From assembly GCF_006345805.1 (NCBI RefSeq), contig NC_043014.1, positions 5,456,001 to 5,520,000 of the forward strand: a DNA stretch of 64,000 nucleotides, read 5' to 3'. The DNA is from Octopus sinensis (taxonomy: Eukaryota). Positions 34,782 through 64,000 of this stretch are shown one piece after another; within the stretch, counting starts at the first letter, position 1, and every line of letters starts with the position of its first letter. The position numbers and the translations under genes were made by a program. Under the pieces are notes generated by a model. It did no database searches and was not told the DNA's origin. It was given only the letters and a program-made list of their open reading frames with translations.

Positions 34782-35233
34782 TACTAATATATACGTACAT
34801 AAACTGCATCCGGGAGTGGGAAAACATGGTACGAATATTCCTGGGATTTGAGGGATGTGGAAGCACCTTTTACCCACTAATGTTCCCAGATCTAACCTGA
34901 CCCAGGGTAGTAGGACATGTTAGGGTCCCAGTTAGGATTCACCCTAACCAGATCTAGTACATCCCCAATCCCAATGGTGCCACTGTTGAGGGCAGGTAGC
35001 CACGTGCGGGAGCGTTGTAACCGTTGTAATCTCAAAATAAAATCATGCGAAAGTCATCTGTGGCTTGAATAATAAGTCTCTTTCAGTCAGTGTCGCTCGC
35101 TACAGATTAGTCATTCGGGTACAAGTCAATACCGACGACGACTCATATACAGTGAGGCCCCCACCCGGCTGTTCTCGGCGTCCTGCATGTTGGAATACCA
35201 GAATTCTAACAAATTCTAGAATTGTATGATACT

Positions 35234-35280
<47 letters not shown>

Positions 35281-35565
35281 AACACACATACACACACAAG
35301 CAAACATACACACACACACACACACACACAAACGCACGCACGCACACACACACATACGCACAGAAGACATTTTACGATTAGATTTTCGGCGGGGTTGGGT
35401 TGTGGAGGGTGAAAAATATAAAAAAGCCGGAATCAGACGTCAACAATTTTCAGTTACGATCCCAAAGCGAGAAGCTCACACTTATAAACTCCAGCTTACA
35501 TCAACTTCAGATTTATAATTAAACCAAAACGAAATAACAGGCTGCACGGACGACCGAAAACCGCA

Positions 35566-47282
<11,717 letters not shown>

Positions 47283-50200
47283 AGGGAATATGGTTGAATT
47301 TGCTTCTCTATGAAAACTTATGTTAACCAATTACAAGACATAATATAATATCATAAAACAATATAGACATTTTAAATTCTGTTTGATAATATTTTATCGA
47401 AGTTATATAAATCGTTAAAATACTCTGCGCTACTAATTAACAGATAAATATTATAATGGAGAGAAAACCGGCGTCAGAGAATGTGAGAATTATGCTTATA
47501 GAACAATGCAAAGCTGAGAGAATAATTCTAGATAAACATTGTATAAGGATCAGTTCATAAAACTAAAATGTGGAAATAAAATTGTATTTCGTTTAACTGT
47601 ATTTTGTGTTCTGTTTTAAATATCAATAAACCCCACTTGAAGTAATATCATAGAAATATATGATGGTTCCATCATTTTTGAGAGGAATGTAAGTAGCAAT
47701 CCTCTCACCACCTATTTTGTTTTTACCTGTCTCTATACCACCTCGTGACCCCGCCACAAGATTAGTTGACATCCTCATAACCGGATCACGTATCCCTCAC
47801 ACTTTGCACCATTTCCTAAACACTGATGCACTACAATCAGGAAAGGAATCACCAGTGAGTATCGAATACGAATAATTCTCTCACTCAAAAGCAGAAAAAT
47901 GGTAAATTGGAGCAAAGATTTGCTTTACAACACTTACCACATACACAGAAAGCAGAGTAAAGACAGCAAAAGGACGTAGAAACATAATGAGGCTAAGCAA
48001 AGTTACTCTGTGTAAACTGTGTGATATGTTGAAACTGTTACACCACATCCAATAAGAAACATCACTATGTATTAGTGTAGAATATTCCTTAGATTAAAGA
48101 GAAGACGATGGATATTTGGGAGACACAACGTCTTTCATGCAAGTAATTTAGTGCCATAAGCTTGCCATTAAGAAAATGCACGTATTTAGACATTTATAAT
48201 AGGAATCATCTTTAAAGGTATACATGTGTATACATGATGACGGCCAGTTGAAAGATATTTGGATACACTTTATAACATGCCGGCGGGAAATATCATCATT
48301 AGGTGAGACAAGCTGACACTGAATCAGCTTCGCTGACTGACAGGTGGCGGTCGTTTAGAGAATGCGCGGCTAAAACTACGCTCCTTCACTAGTCAGTTAA
48401 GGTGAGACAGTTTCACGTGACAACTTGCTGGTGTTGCCTGCTGGAGTCTTGCGGCAGGTATTTAAAGGGAAGTATTTGACAAGTCAGTCAGTCACCGTCT
48501 GACACTCGCTGACGATACATCGAAGAGGCCGAGGAACAGAAGCAAGGAGACATGCACCCAACACCAGAGCTCAAGACACCTCCGAAAGGGGGGCCCCGCC
48601 ACGTCAGAACGGTAGAGGAGTAGGGGCCGAAAGCGGACGTGGTTCCTCCGGATGATGCCTTGAGCTGACTGGATACTATAAAGGAGCTGTAGTGGTAGCA
48701 GACCACGAAACACGGTTGTAATTCCTACAGTGGTAGGCAAATGTACCAATTTAATGTTTATTTCTCTGATAAACGAAATTTTTGCAGCATTTGGCAGAGC
48801 TTCCCATAGATTCTTTGGAGTTACTCGGACACTGGATTTGCAGATTGAAACCTTTTGTGAGAATGGTTATTCTTTATGCACCAACACTTGTCAGTGCAAG
48901 GGAGATGGGCTGCTCCTGCTTTAGCTGTATCAGGAGTGATATCTAATATTTGGTTCAACTGAAAGTATAAATAGAAGCATCCACGTTGAAGTCATAAGAA
49001 CATTCTTGATTATGTAATTGTCAACAGAAAAGACCTATCGGATGTAAAGCTGTCCGACTCATGCAGGGCGATGAATTATGGACAGATACAGGTTTTTTTT
49101 CCGTTGATTACACTGGCGATCACTGTCCCCCAAAGGCTGAGGTGTGAAGCACGAAGGTATCTTGGTGGGTTGATGCTTCTAAATGAAACTTTCCTGCAGC
49201 AAGTAGACATTACAAAGAAGCAGCGAAAGCAGTCAATTCTACACAGAAATCAAGGATAAAGAAAGAAAATATAGAAAAGTACAAAACCAAGACAAAATAA
49301 ACATAAACAAACTACATTTATTAGCTACGATTCACATACAAACTCATTCTACTGCTCGACATTTTCAATTTATTGAGCTAACAACCAGAACTTTGAACAG
49401 AAGCTTGACTGCTAACTGGCAGATTCTATATGTAGATAAGTGTTGAATGATTAGAAAAATAAATATTTTAAAGCGAAATTTGATATCTACTGACTGCATG
49501 CACAGACAGAGAACGTAATTATTCAGTCATTGACCTACATAGAAACAACTCCTGGCTTTTCTGCCACTCGACAGATGAAATCTGAGAACATGTCTTTGGA
49601 TCTGTCAGTAGATATGTTCATTGAACCGCGCCAGCCTTCAGTTTCCGTCTACCAAATTCACTCACAAGGCTTTGGTCTGTCCGAGGCAATAGAAGAAGAC
49701 ACTTGCCCAAGGTACAACGGAGAGGGACTGAACCCGGAATCATGTTGTTGGGAAGCAAGCTTCGTGTCAATTTATTACGGCCGTGTCTAACGACTACTTT
49801 AATTGATTGATGAAAATATTACACCATTGTAAAGAAACCGTTTCTGCCAGATGAATTCATGAACATTAAAATCGTGAATTCTTCTGACGAAAACGATTTC
49901 TTTACAGTGATGTAATGTGTTCATTACTCCAATAAGGAGTCGTAAGAAACGGCCGTAATGGATTGACACCTGTACTTCTCCCGTTACTCATTTACATTTT
50001 ATTCACCTGTCCTGGAATCTGCTCTTCGTAAACATTAGGGACCGCATTTATATATAATGTACATGTCTGAGGCGCTCAAGAGCCGATTTCTTCACTCAAC
50101 TGGGTTTAATTGTCTACATACTCTGCAAGAATATCATTCGGCTGGTTCTAAGGTACAAAGCTCGATATTTACTCAGTAGTGTTGTGTGTGTATATTATTC

Positions 50201-50432
50201 CTACCTAAAGAGGTGTCTCAATTCAAGTACCTGATTCAACAGAATGTTATTTATATTTTATATACATATGTGTATACTACGTACGTGCGTATACACACAC
50301 ACATAAATACATACATACATAAATATATATACATAATTACATATGTACGTATAAATATATATGTATTATATGTATTATATTCATATGTATAAACACACAG
50401 TCACACACATAATTATAGATCTCTCTCTATCT

Positions 50433-50498
<66 letters not shown>

Positions 50499-50554
50499 GT
50501 ATATATATGTATGTATATATATGTGTATGTGTGTATATGTATATATATATGTAC

Positions 50555-50610
<56 letters not shown>

Positions 50611-51162
50611 ATATATATATATATGCATATATATATATATATGTTTATATATATATATATTTCAATAGCATCATTCATTGACGGATTCTTCGATTATTCC
50701 GATGATATCAAGCAAACAATTTGCCATTTTCAGGTGATATTTAACAAATAACCACATTGGTATGGACCGAATTTTAATTAACCCGCTTGATGACTGTTTC
50801 AGAACCACAAAGCGAATTTGCTAAAAGGAAAGTTGAATTGAAGAGGATATGAGTTAGATTTGGAAAGCAGAAATCAGAACCTACAGAAGGTAGACAGATG
50901 ACCATCCTGATTATTTATGGGACCAGAGCGGACCGTAGTAAACATTCTACAATAAGAAATGAAAGGAAAAGAGAGAAAAGAAAGGAAATGAACGAAAACG
51001 TGGATATACAATTTACATTGGATAGGGTACTTAAGTGTGTATATGTCTGAATATATGCAACAGCACGTGTTTACACACACACACGCACATATATATGTAT
51101 AAATATATATGTGTGTGTGTGTGTGTAAACACATGCTATTGCTGTTGCATATATATATATAT

Positions 51163-51221
<59 letters not shown>

Positions 51222-51254
51222 TATATTTATACACACACACATATATATATATAT

Positions 51255-53728
<2,474 letters not shown>

Positions 53729-53732
53729 TATA

Positions 53733-53763
<31 letters not shown>

Positions 53764-53771
53764 GTATGTAT

Positions 53772-54639
53772 AAATGTCAGTTTCGAGCTCCTCGTAGCTT
53801 GCGAAATTTATGTCCCCCAAATGATTCTGTAAACTACGAAACAAATGGTAGTCTGAAGGATGAAGGTCGGGATAATAAGGTGGATGAGGAATTTTTTCCC
53901 AACCAACCTCTTCGATCTTCTGTGGTGTGATGTTTGCATAAGAAGAAAAGACCCCCTTTACCAAGCTTACTGCTTACGTCGTTTAGCATTTCGATAGAAG
54001 ATCCATTTTTCGTCACCAGTCACAAGTCTATCCAAAAAGGGTGAAATGGGTTCGCGAGAATGGAGACAAGAGCAGATGTCAACTGGGGATTTGCGGTTGC
54101 TTTCGGACAATTCATGAGGCGACCATATTCCATCTTTCGGAACCTTTCCAAGTTGTTGAAGATGACGATGAACAGTTGTCTGGCTAGAACTAAGCTTTAT
54201 TGCAATTCTTCAACTAAAAATGAAGGATTTTCTTCAGGTAAGGCCTCACGGGTCTTATTATTAAACTCACCTGGACGTCGTGTTCTATCTTCATCCTCTA
54301 GGCTGAAACTTCCACTTCTGAAATTTGCAAACCATCTTCTGCAAGTTCTTTCATTCAAGCATTCTTTCCCATAAACCGAGTGTATGTTTCGAGTCGCTTC
54401 GAATGCAGATATTTTTTTGTACTCATAAAGGATTATGTGCCTAAAATGTTTTTGGATACTTCCACGTTAGAAAGGGTTTTAATCAAATAAATTTTAATTT
54501 TATTATTCTGTAAATAAAATATTTATTTAGTTAATATACAAATGCATAAAAATATTTCTTAATTCCTTTAGACATTCTAAAATATTAAATTACATTCAAT
54601 TTTAAATACATAAAAATAGGACAGAACTTATGGGATGAC
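53772..54639 (-). mobile_element. Mariner remnant upstream of copy 4
   Basis: Near-identical to 1763-2631; retains WEKIPHPPYYPDLHPSDYHLFRSLQNHL (YSPDL and third-Asp region). Confidence 0.9.
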
Positions 54640-54707
54640 ACACACACACACACACACAGACACATATTGATACACACACAGATATACACAGACGCACAGA
54701 AATACAG

Positions 54708-54760
<53 letters not shown>

Positions 54761-56079
54761 TACACACTAATATATATATGTAAATAAACTGCATCAGGGA
54801 GTGGGAAAGCATAGTACGAATGTTCCTGAGATTTGAGGGATGTGGAAGCACATCTTACCCCTGGTGTTCCCAGATCTAACCTGACCCAGGGTAGTAGCAC
54901 ATGTTAGGGTCCCAGCTAGGATCCTAGTCTAGGAAAAGAAATCCTTGATATAAAACCACTGTAGCGCTGGATCTGGCGTGCAGACCTTGATTATATCTGA
55001 TGTACCCGGTAGCACGCTGCATCCACCCTAACCAGATCTAGTACATCCCCAATCCCTATTGTGCTACTGTTGAGGACAGGTGGCCACGTGCGGGAGCGCT
55101 GTAATCTCTGGATATGGTCCACTCGAAATAAAATCATCTTTCAGTCAGTGTCGCTCGCTACAGGTTAATCATTCGGGTACAAGTCAATACCGACGACGAC
55201 TCATATACAGTGAGGCCCCCACCCGGCTGTTCTCGGCGTCCTGCATGTTGGAATACCTACTTTCTAACGAATTCTGGAATTATATGATACTAGACGAACA
55301 CACATACATAAACACACACACTTAAACAACACGCACACACAGACACACACACAGACACACACTCACACACACACACACACACACAAACACACACGCACAC
55401 TCACACACACACACACACACGCGCAAGCATACACACACACACACACTCACACACGGAGAGAAGATATTTTGATTATTATAAAATTTATCGTCAGCAGAAA
55501 TATTCTAATAAGATTCAGTGTAACTAAAATGGAATAATCTTTAACATCAGGTTTGTTATGAAGTAACCAATAAAAACACTAGACTGCATTAAATAAAGCT
55601 TTGCAGTTACAGTCTGTACAGATGTTGAACGGACAATGTAGTCCCCTACATGAATATTACAGCAGTTTCGCAAAAATAAAGAAGTAAACATTAAGAAATA
55701 AATAAATAAGAATTCTCCAACAAATAGGCATTTGTTTTCAGTTTACAAATTTGTGCTGAAGTCAGTAAAATATTCTGCTGACTGTTCTGTGTTAATCGTG
55801 GATCATCTCTATCCAATCACAAAAGGTGTCATTTAAAAGGTGACACCCACAATTATTGTAATATCAATCTGATTGGTTCCTGAATTTACGATTAGATTTT
55901 CGGCGGGGTTGGGTTGTGGAGGGGGAATAATATCAAAAAGCCGGAATCAGACGTTAACAATTTTCAGTTACGATCCCAAAGCGAGAAGCTCACACTTATA
56001 AACTCCAGCTTACATCAACTTCAGATTTATCATTAAACCAAAGCGAAATAACAGGCTGCACGGACGACCGAAAACCGCA

Positions 56080-56422
56080 ATGGAAATCGCTCAGGTGGGG
56101 AAGATCATTTCGCAGCGGTTTTCTGTTTCTTCTTTCATAACCTTTGGACTGTGTCTCGTGTTGACCATCACGATTCTTCATTTCGATGCAAGGACCAGAA
56201 AGATAGAAGAGAAATCAACCGCAGTAAGTACAGGACACCTGAAGTTTCTATATTTTAGATGCAAGAAATGTATACGTATATCCATCCATCCATCCATCCA
56301 TCCATCCATCATTCCATCAATCCATCTATCCATCCATCCATCCATCCATCCATCCATCCATCCATCCATACGCACATACATACATATATAGACACATGTA
56401 TATATATGTATTGTTTTATATG

Positions 56423-56455
<33 letters not shown>

Positions 56456-56792
56456 AGGGGTGGTTTGTATATATATATATATATATATACAGATCTCTAT
56501 ATGTATATATATATTTATGTACATATATGTTCATACATACACATACACACACAAACAAACACATATCATCTCTACACATTCCCTTCTCTCTCTTCGGTTC
56601 TTCTCAATCTCTCTCCCTTTTTATCCTATTAATCCTTTTTATCCTCTTAATCCTTGCTGTCGAAAAGCGTGCGGTCGAAAGACAAAAACCCCCTCCATTC
56701 TACCCGAGGGTTGAACTTAATGCACTTGCTTGTGGATTGTACACCTGTTCTTGTCTTTTGTTTTCTGTAAATTTGAAATCTCTATCTCTTTC

Positions 56793-56853
<61 letters not shown>

Positions 56854-57452
56854 GTCTCTCTGTCTCTCTCTCTCTCTCTATCTATCAATCTATCTATGTA
56901 TCTATATATCTATGTATTTATCTATCTATTTATCTCTTCATCTAGCTATGTATCGCTTTCTCTCTCTCTCTTTCTCTATCTATATATCTATGAACGCATT
57001 CTTTCAGCTTCCATTTAGAACAGAAGCTTCTTACCGTGCAGCCAGGCCTGCACCTACAGAAATCGATCCCATGCCGGCAATCGAACCCTGACCGACTGAA
57101 CGATAGCTACGAATTATATGTGTGTACATATAACATGTACACACGTAATCGTTAGATATTTCAGCCAGTATAGGCCCAGGCTATGTATAACTTAATAGCA
57201 CCAACTGGTGAAGTAGTTTAGAATCTGATTCCCATCTCAGTCATAAGACTTTTTAAAGTTGGAGACATATCCGGGTGTTGGAGGTTGGTCGAAGAGTTTT
57301 TTGAGGAAAATTTGTCCTTAGAAATTTTGAATTTTATGGAATCTGTTTTCGGTTTAATGTATTCTGCTATAATATCAAAGAGAGCTGGACTGGTTGAGGT
57401 AAAGTATTCGTGTCATATACACATATACATACATATATACATATATGTACAA

Positions 57453-57483
<31 letters not shown>

Positions 57484-57484
57484 A

Positions 57485-57515
<31 letters not shown>

Positions 57516-57516
57516 C

Positions 57517-57547
<31 letters not shown>

Positions 57548-57751
57548 AATATAAATATATACATATATATATATTTATATATATATAGGCGCAGGAGTGG
57601 CTGTGTGGTAAGTAGCTTGTTTACCAACCATATGGTTCCGGGTTCAGTCCCACTGCGTGGCACCTTGGGCAAGTGTCTTCTACTATAATCTCGGGCGACC
57701 AAAGCCTTGTGAGTGGATTTGGTAGACGGAAACTGAAAGAAGCCCGTCGTA

Positions 57752-57782
<31 letters not shown>

Positions 57783-58471
57783 CTGCGTGTGCGTCTGTGT
57801 TTGTCCCCCTAGCAATGCTTGACAACCGATGCAGGTGTGTTTATGTCCCCGTGACTTAGCGGTTCGGCAAAAGAGACCGATAGAATAAGTACTGGGCTTA
57901 CAAAAGGATAAGTCCCGGGGTTGAGTTGCTCGATTAAAGGCGGTGCTCCAGCATGGCCGTAGTCAAATGACTGAAACAAGCAAAAGAGCAAAAGAGTATA
58001 TATAAATATATATATATATATATATCTTTTACTCTTTTACATGTTTCAGTTATTTGACTGCGGCCATGCTGGAGCACCACCTTTTAGTACTTATTCTATC
58101 GGTCTCTTTTTGCCGAACCGCTAAGAGACGGGGACGTAAACACACCAGCATCGGTTGTCAAGCAATGCTAGGGGGACAAACACAGACACAAAAACACACA
58201 CACATATACATATATATACATATATACGACAGGCTTCTTTCAGTTTCCGTCTACCAAATCCACTCACAAGGCATTGGTCGGCCCGGGGCTATAGCAGAAG
58301 ACACTTGCCCAAGATGCCACGCAGTGGGACTGAACCCGCAACCGTGTGGTTGGTTAGCAAGCTACTTACCACACAGCCACTCCTATATAAAAATATTATA
58401 TATATGCATATATATATATAAATATATTATATATATGTGTATATATATATATATTATATATATATATTTGC

Positions 58472-58519
<48 letters not shown>

Positions 58520-58569
58520 TTATATATATCTGTATACATACATACATATAGATAGATACATGCATGTAT

Positions 58570-58628
<59 letters not shown>

Positions 58629-58702
58629 TTATATATATCTGTATACATACATACATATAGATAGATACATGTATGTATATATATATAAATATAAATATAC
58701 AT

Positions 58703-58755
<53 letters not shown>

Positions 58756-58992
58756 CATACATACGCTTACACACAACTATATATAAAATTACTTCTCGTA
58801 TATATATCTACTAACATATTAATGGATGGACGATTTTTAATGTGTTTAGAGAGATCGATAGACAGAACTATCGATCGTTTGATAAATAGATATATTGGTG
58901 GATAGGTGGACAGCCTGACTGAGTGTTTGATAGATAGATAGATAGATATATAGATATATTGGTAGATATGTAGACAGACTGATTGAGAGTTT

Positions 58993-59061
<69 letters not shown>

Positions 59062-59062
59062 T

Positions 59063-59095
<33 letters not shown>

Positions 59096-61948
59096 CGATA
59101 GATACATAGAAAGATCGATTGATTGGATAGTTTCATTCAATCGTGGTTATAAATGTCACGAAGTTGTAGATCGATTCCTTACAGGCCAGTGATGAACAGG
59201 TTCTGAATTCATGGACCTCGAAAGGATAAAGACTAGGCGCGACTACGCGGAATTTGATCATTATCTTGAAATATTCAGTATTGTAGATGACAATTATAAA
59301 AGCCCCCAGAAAGGTTGTGCGATAGATAGTGTTGCAAAATAGAAAGCAATGAATTTGTCAATTACTATACGTAGCAAAGACATAGGATTACAAAAATGTA
59401 AGTTAGTTTACAAGTCAATAATGAATTGTGTTCCATGTTGTAAGATAGAGATTGACATTTCTTGCTGAAATATTTTACATAGAAAGGCCTTATATATGTA
59501 CGTCTGCCGCTTTCGTGTGCATACATAAATGAACATGTATGAATGCATCGCTTAATGTGTATATTCGAATGTGCTTATATATACACACACACACATATAT
59601 GTGTGTCTGTGTATTTATTTCTGGATGTATTTTTCCCTCTCTAGATTCAGCTCAGAGCTGCGTCCATGATGATGCACCATACATAGATAAATACATGCAT
59701 ACATACATACATACATACATACATAGATACATATATACATGCATACATACACATATACATACATACATACATACATACACATACATATACATACATACAC
59801 ATATACATACATACATACATACATTCATGCATACATGCATACATACATACATACATACATACATACATACATACATACATTCATGCATACATATATAGAT
59901 GTACCCATACAGACACACAGACACAATGACACACGCATACACACACAGAGACGCACAGAAATATAGATACATACACTATGGTCTGTTTCTTCGGATGAAG
60001 TTTTCGTGCTTAATTGCCGAAGAATTCCTGGGATGATTTGTTTCCAGAACTCCCTCCGTCAAATTAATGAACAGGTCCAGAAATGTGCCATACGATCAGT
60101 TGTCGATATATTTGCAGTGCAATGTAAATAGTTTTGCTCAAGAACACAACGCCCCGCCTTCTGTTTGAATCGAACGTACAACCCTTTGTTCGTGAGTTTA
60201 AACCTGAAGCACTAAACCTCGTTGAAATATTTTAGCGTATATAAATATATGCATCTATCCCTATAAGGCAGACTTACATAAACGAACAAACACGCATTCA
60301 CATGCGGAAAGATACACACAAACGCATATATATCGGATTGTTGGACCGCGGAATTCCGGACAGATCTCTTTCCGTGAAAATAAATATCTTTTCCATTGAA
60401 AGAAAAATAAAAGTCTCCAAAACCGTGTATCTCTCACTATACGTCAACATGCACGAAGAATGTAGCAAATACATTTGGGAAAACGGTTGTTCCAGTTTGT
60501 AAATCTACAAGTAGAAGGGTAGATATCCCAGTATTTATTGATTTCGCTTTCTGTGTCGAATTGGCACCCAACGCTCATCAGCAAGTCTTACTACGTAAAC
60601 TATTTTAAAAAATGTATTTAACTTTCCGTGCTCGTTTGTTCAGCTGAATGCAACGTCACATCCGAACGAACATTAGCGAGCAAGTATAAATTCAAAATTC
60701 AAATAAGTTATCATTATCTAAATAAACTATTGATAAAATTGCCAAATATGAAAATATATATGAGAAGTCATTGTACAGTAAGTAACTATATACTTGAAAG
60801 AAGAATGAAATTCCAAAACCACGTAACTCTCAATATATATAAACACGCACGAAGAATGGTGCAAATACTCTAAGAAATTTTAATTTATGTTTTTGTTTGT
60901 TCGCCACATTTCGTCTGGAAATCGCGGGTCCTTCAACTGAATAATGGTACACAGAAAGGTAAATATATTTTTTAATTAGGTTACGTAGAAAGCGAAATGA
61001 ATCGTGTCTGAGATATCTACCTGCCTTTTTGAAGATTTACAAACTGGAAGATTAGGTTTTCTAAATGCATTTGCAACATTCTCCGTGCGTGTTTCCGTTC
61101 GTTAGGCTTAATTAACTCTCATTGTGATGGGTTCGTTTTTGCCATATAAAAGCATGAAATAAAGGAGTACCCGATGCACAGAGGAGACAAGAAAGCGGTA
61201 AGCCACCAAGATGTAACACAACGATGAAAATTTGGTGGAATTAACCATGAAGTTGTCTCCCACATCTTCAAAAGAAGCTGTCCAAAAGTGCCATTATTGT
61301 ATTGCTTAGCTTTAAATTCTAAACATTGATGAATTTTCTGAAAATCTATTTCTATGATGTTGTTTTCATTTTTTCACAGAACCGTTTCCTTTTCAAGAAA
61401 TCTCTGGATGACAAAGCTGTTCACACGCCAAGTAAGAACTAATTTTATATCGTGAAAGATAAAAACGTAAAAAACGTTGCTCAGTAATTCTGCGAGTCTG
61501 GTGGTTCTAGAGAAATCATGCACCTGTCTTTGAGGGCCATTCCAGAGGGAAGCAATTGTTATTAAGATTTTCTAGCCTTTTATTTAACTTTTGATCTAGC
61601 CTTTTATTTGATGCTCCAGCCTTGAATTAATTTATCTTAAAAAATTTAGTTGAAGACTCGATCAACATTGCTAAAAAACCGCATTGAATTCGGCTGAGAA
61701 GTGAATTAGTGATGAATCATGCAAATCTTTACCAGTAACTAAAAGTATACATTCACCCCCAGGCGCGGGGGACTATTTCTCGGAATCAGCTTTACGTTCA
61801 TAGGAAAAAGAATTTTCAAACTCTTTGTTTGTTTGTTTGTTTGTTTCTTAATTTTTTTCTCTCATTCTTTCTTTTCTTCTTTCTTTCTTTCTTTCTTTCA
61901 TTCATTCTTTCTTTTTTCTTTCTTTTCTTCTTTCTTTCTTTCTTTTCT

Positions 61949-62000
<52 letters not shown>

Positions 62001-64000
62001 AACTTTTTAAATCCTCTATCAAGTTCCCATCTACTCTTCCTTCCTTCCTTCCTTACTTCCTTCCTTCCTTCCTTACTTCCTTCCTTCCTTCCTTTCTTCC
62101 TTCCTTTCTTCCTTCTTTCCTTCCTTCCTTCCTTCCTCTCTTCTAATCATTGTCTCCCCAATTCATTAATTCCCTGCCAAGAAATTCTCTCCCACATGGT
62201 TCACCAATTATTTTCTTTTAAACTACATTGTTTCCTTCGCAATTTCACAGGACCCGGTCCTGGATCCCTGTATACCCGGTGGGGTAGAACAAAATGTCCA
62301 CGTAATTCCAGTCTGGTATACGATGGTTAGTATATTTTGTTTCTAATCTCTCTCTCTATTTCTTTCTCTCTCTCTCTCTCTCACTTTCTCTTCCTCTCTC
62401 CTCCCTCCTTCTTTCTGATCTACACAAACGTTTTTCCTATTATAGTATATCACATTTTAAACGGCGATTATAGATTCTCTTGAGTTTACACAAAACTACT
62501 TTCTCCGTTGAATTTATTTGGTCATAGCCGAAGTATAAATGGCGTCAAGAATGATCACACCAACAGGATATCATCTAAAGTACCCCCTTGAAACCAAACA
62601 CAAAATATAGTTACCTAAGGACTATATGCATTAACTACGCACTATTCCACCACTTAATCACGCTAGTGCCCCATGGTAAGGCAATTCTGAGCTTTCCACT
62701 CAGAAGACACTATTTTCCACCACTTCCCCATCAACTTTTCTTTCTTTATACGAGATTTGTTTTTGCTTGAAATACGATGGAACAGATTTTACCCGTCTAT
62801 AACCGAACTCTTAACGGTTTCCTTAAAGGTTTCCCAATTCAGCTTAAACTGAACCTTACAATCCTTTCTCCACTCACTTTCCTGAAGACGTAAAATAACC
62901 CCAGTGATGAAGCAAATAAAGCCAACGTGACCACAACGTGTATCTTCACGTGACCTGTCCACGACTAGCCGAGAGTTTTAGCTACTCTGTGCAGGATGTT
63001 CTGTTAATTAACATATAACTACCCATCGACTGTCAATACTCTCCACCTCACCGTGTTCTTCTATTTTATATTGGCTAAAAATTCCTTGTATCATTCTTCT
63101 ATATTATCTTCGTTAAAATTTGAACAAAATCGTCTTTTCCATTTTAGAGGAAATGCGTGACGTAACGGCCTTCCCTTCACACTCTTTTGACATCTGCACA
63201 CAACCATCTACAGCCATGTATCTAGACATATTCATAAATATTACCTACACAAACCCGTTGGCGTACACCTACAACATATATACATATAAATCATAGACAC
63301 GTACAGTTCTTAACTCATACACAAACATTCATTGAGCAACACAGCTTACACTCGCATCGATACTAGTTTGTATACACGAAACCTACACACGTAAACATAG
63401 TGAATGTCCAAACACATAGACACACGCACACGCGAACACACATAGACACAAAGACACACACACACACACACACATACACACACATAAACTCAATCACATA
63501 CACATTTAGACACACACACACAAACTCGGATGTGTGTCTATTTATAATCGCAAATTTTAAAATTGAAAGTTCCTTTTCAAGGATTTCTTTTAATCCAAGT
63601 TTTTCTTATTTCACTTTACTTAATATTTTATTTATTTGATATTTTCTTACCAATTCTAGGTGTGGTTGGTGGATCACCTTTTAACGAAACAGGCGGCGGA
63701 AGTAATCTCTTATGTCTACCTAACGACCCCATTTTAGCCAATCACACTACAAATTTTGAAAACTTTGCTCACATATATGGCAGTGAATATCAAACATCAA
63801 ATTCCTATGCGAAAAATCACTTTTCTTTTGCTAACGCTGAATCACTTTTTGATCACAACGTTCCGTGTGCTGTCTGTTTGACACGACAACCTGCTGTTGT
63901 TATGATGTTACCAGCCAGGACAAAGTGTTACGCTGGTTGGACGATTGAGTATTCAGGATATTTGATGACCCAGTATCATAATAATAAAGGCAGAATTGAA
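56080..64000 (+). CDS. Copy 4: paralog, 3'-partial; join(56080..56223, 61380..61431, 62251..62325, 63660..>64000)
   Basis: Canonical splice sites. Exon 4 is open to the window end: [72 protein letters not shown]. Confidence 0.88.
57588..57998 (+). mobile_element. tRNA-derived SINE, duplicate of 5496-5910
   Basis: Same head, body and tail at the equivalent intron-1 position. Confidence 0.85.
58026..58384 (-). mobile_element. Inverted tRNA-derived SINE, duplicate of 5961-6320
   Basis: Same sequence and same internal deletion as 5961-6320. Confidence 0.85.

Overview
Eukaryotic, AT-rich and microsatellite-dense animal DNA. It is most likely octopus (coleoid cephalopod), inferred from the tRNA-derived SINE family and the repeat landscape. 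The window holds four tandem, same-strand (+) paralogs of a 4-exon gene that the ORF track only shows in pieces. Exon 1 (144 nt) encodes a type II signal-anchor, exon 2 is a 52-nt stalk, and exon 3 (75 nt) plus exon 4 (500 nt) encode a 10-Cys domain of the short-chain collagen C4 / spongin NC1-like type. The spliced product is 256 aa with no Gly-X-Y helix. The paralogs are near-identical in introns and flanks, but exon 4 differs in clustered, mostly amino-acid-changing patches, as expected for a diversifying recognition-protein array. Copy 1 carries a duplicated exon 2-3 block with a stop-containing exon. Copy 2 has lost most of exon 4 but gained an in-frame acceptor. Copy 3 has an RTE LINE and a long hairpin in its introns. 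Copy 4 runs off the window end. Upstream of every copy is a mariner remnant, and in two copies a Penelope-like (RT + GIY-YIG) element sits in the adjacent (TA)n tract; the complete one carries a G3:C8-variant hammerhead-like motif. Most ORFs in the track are microsatellite artefacts. Exon structures are inferred from splice signals, phase and paralog conservation, not from transcripts.
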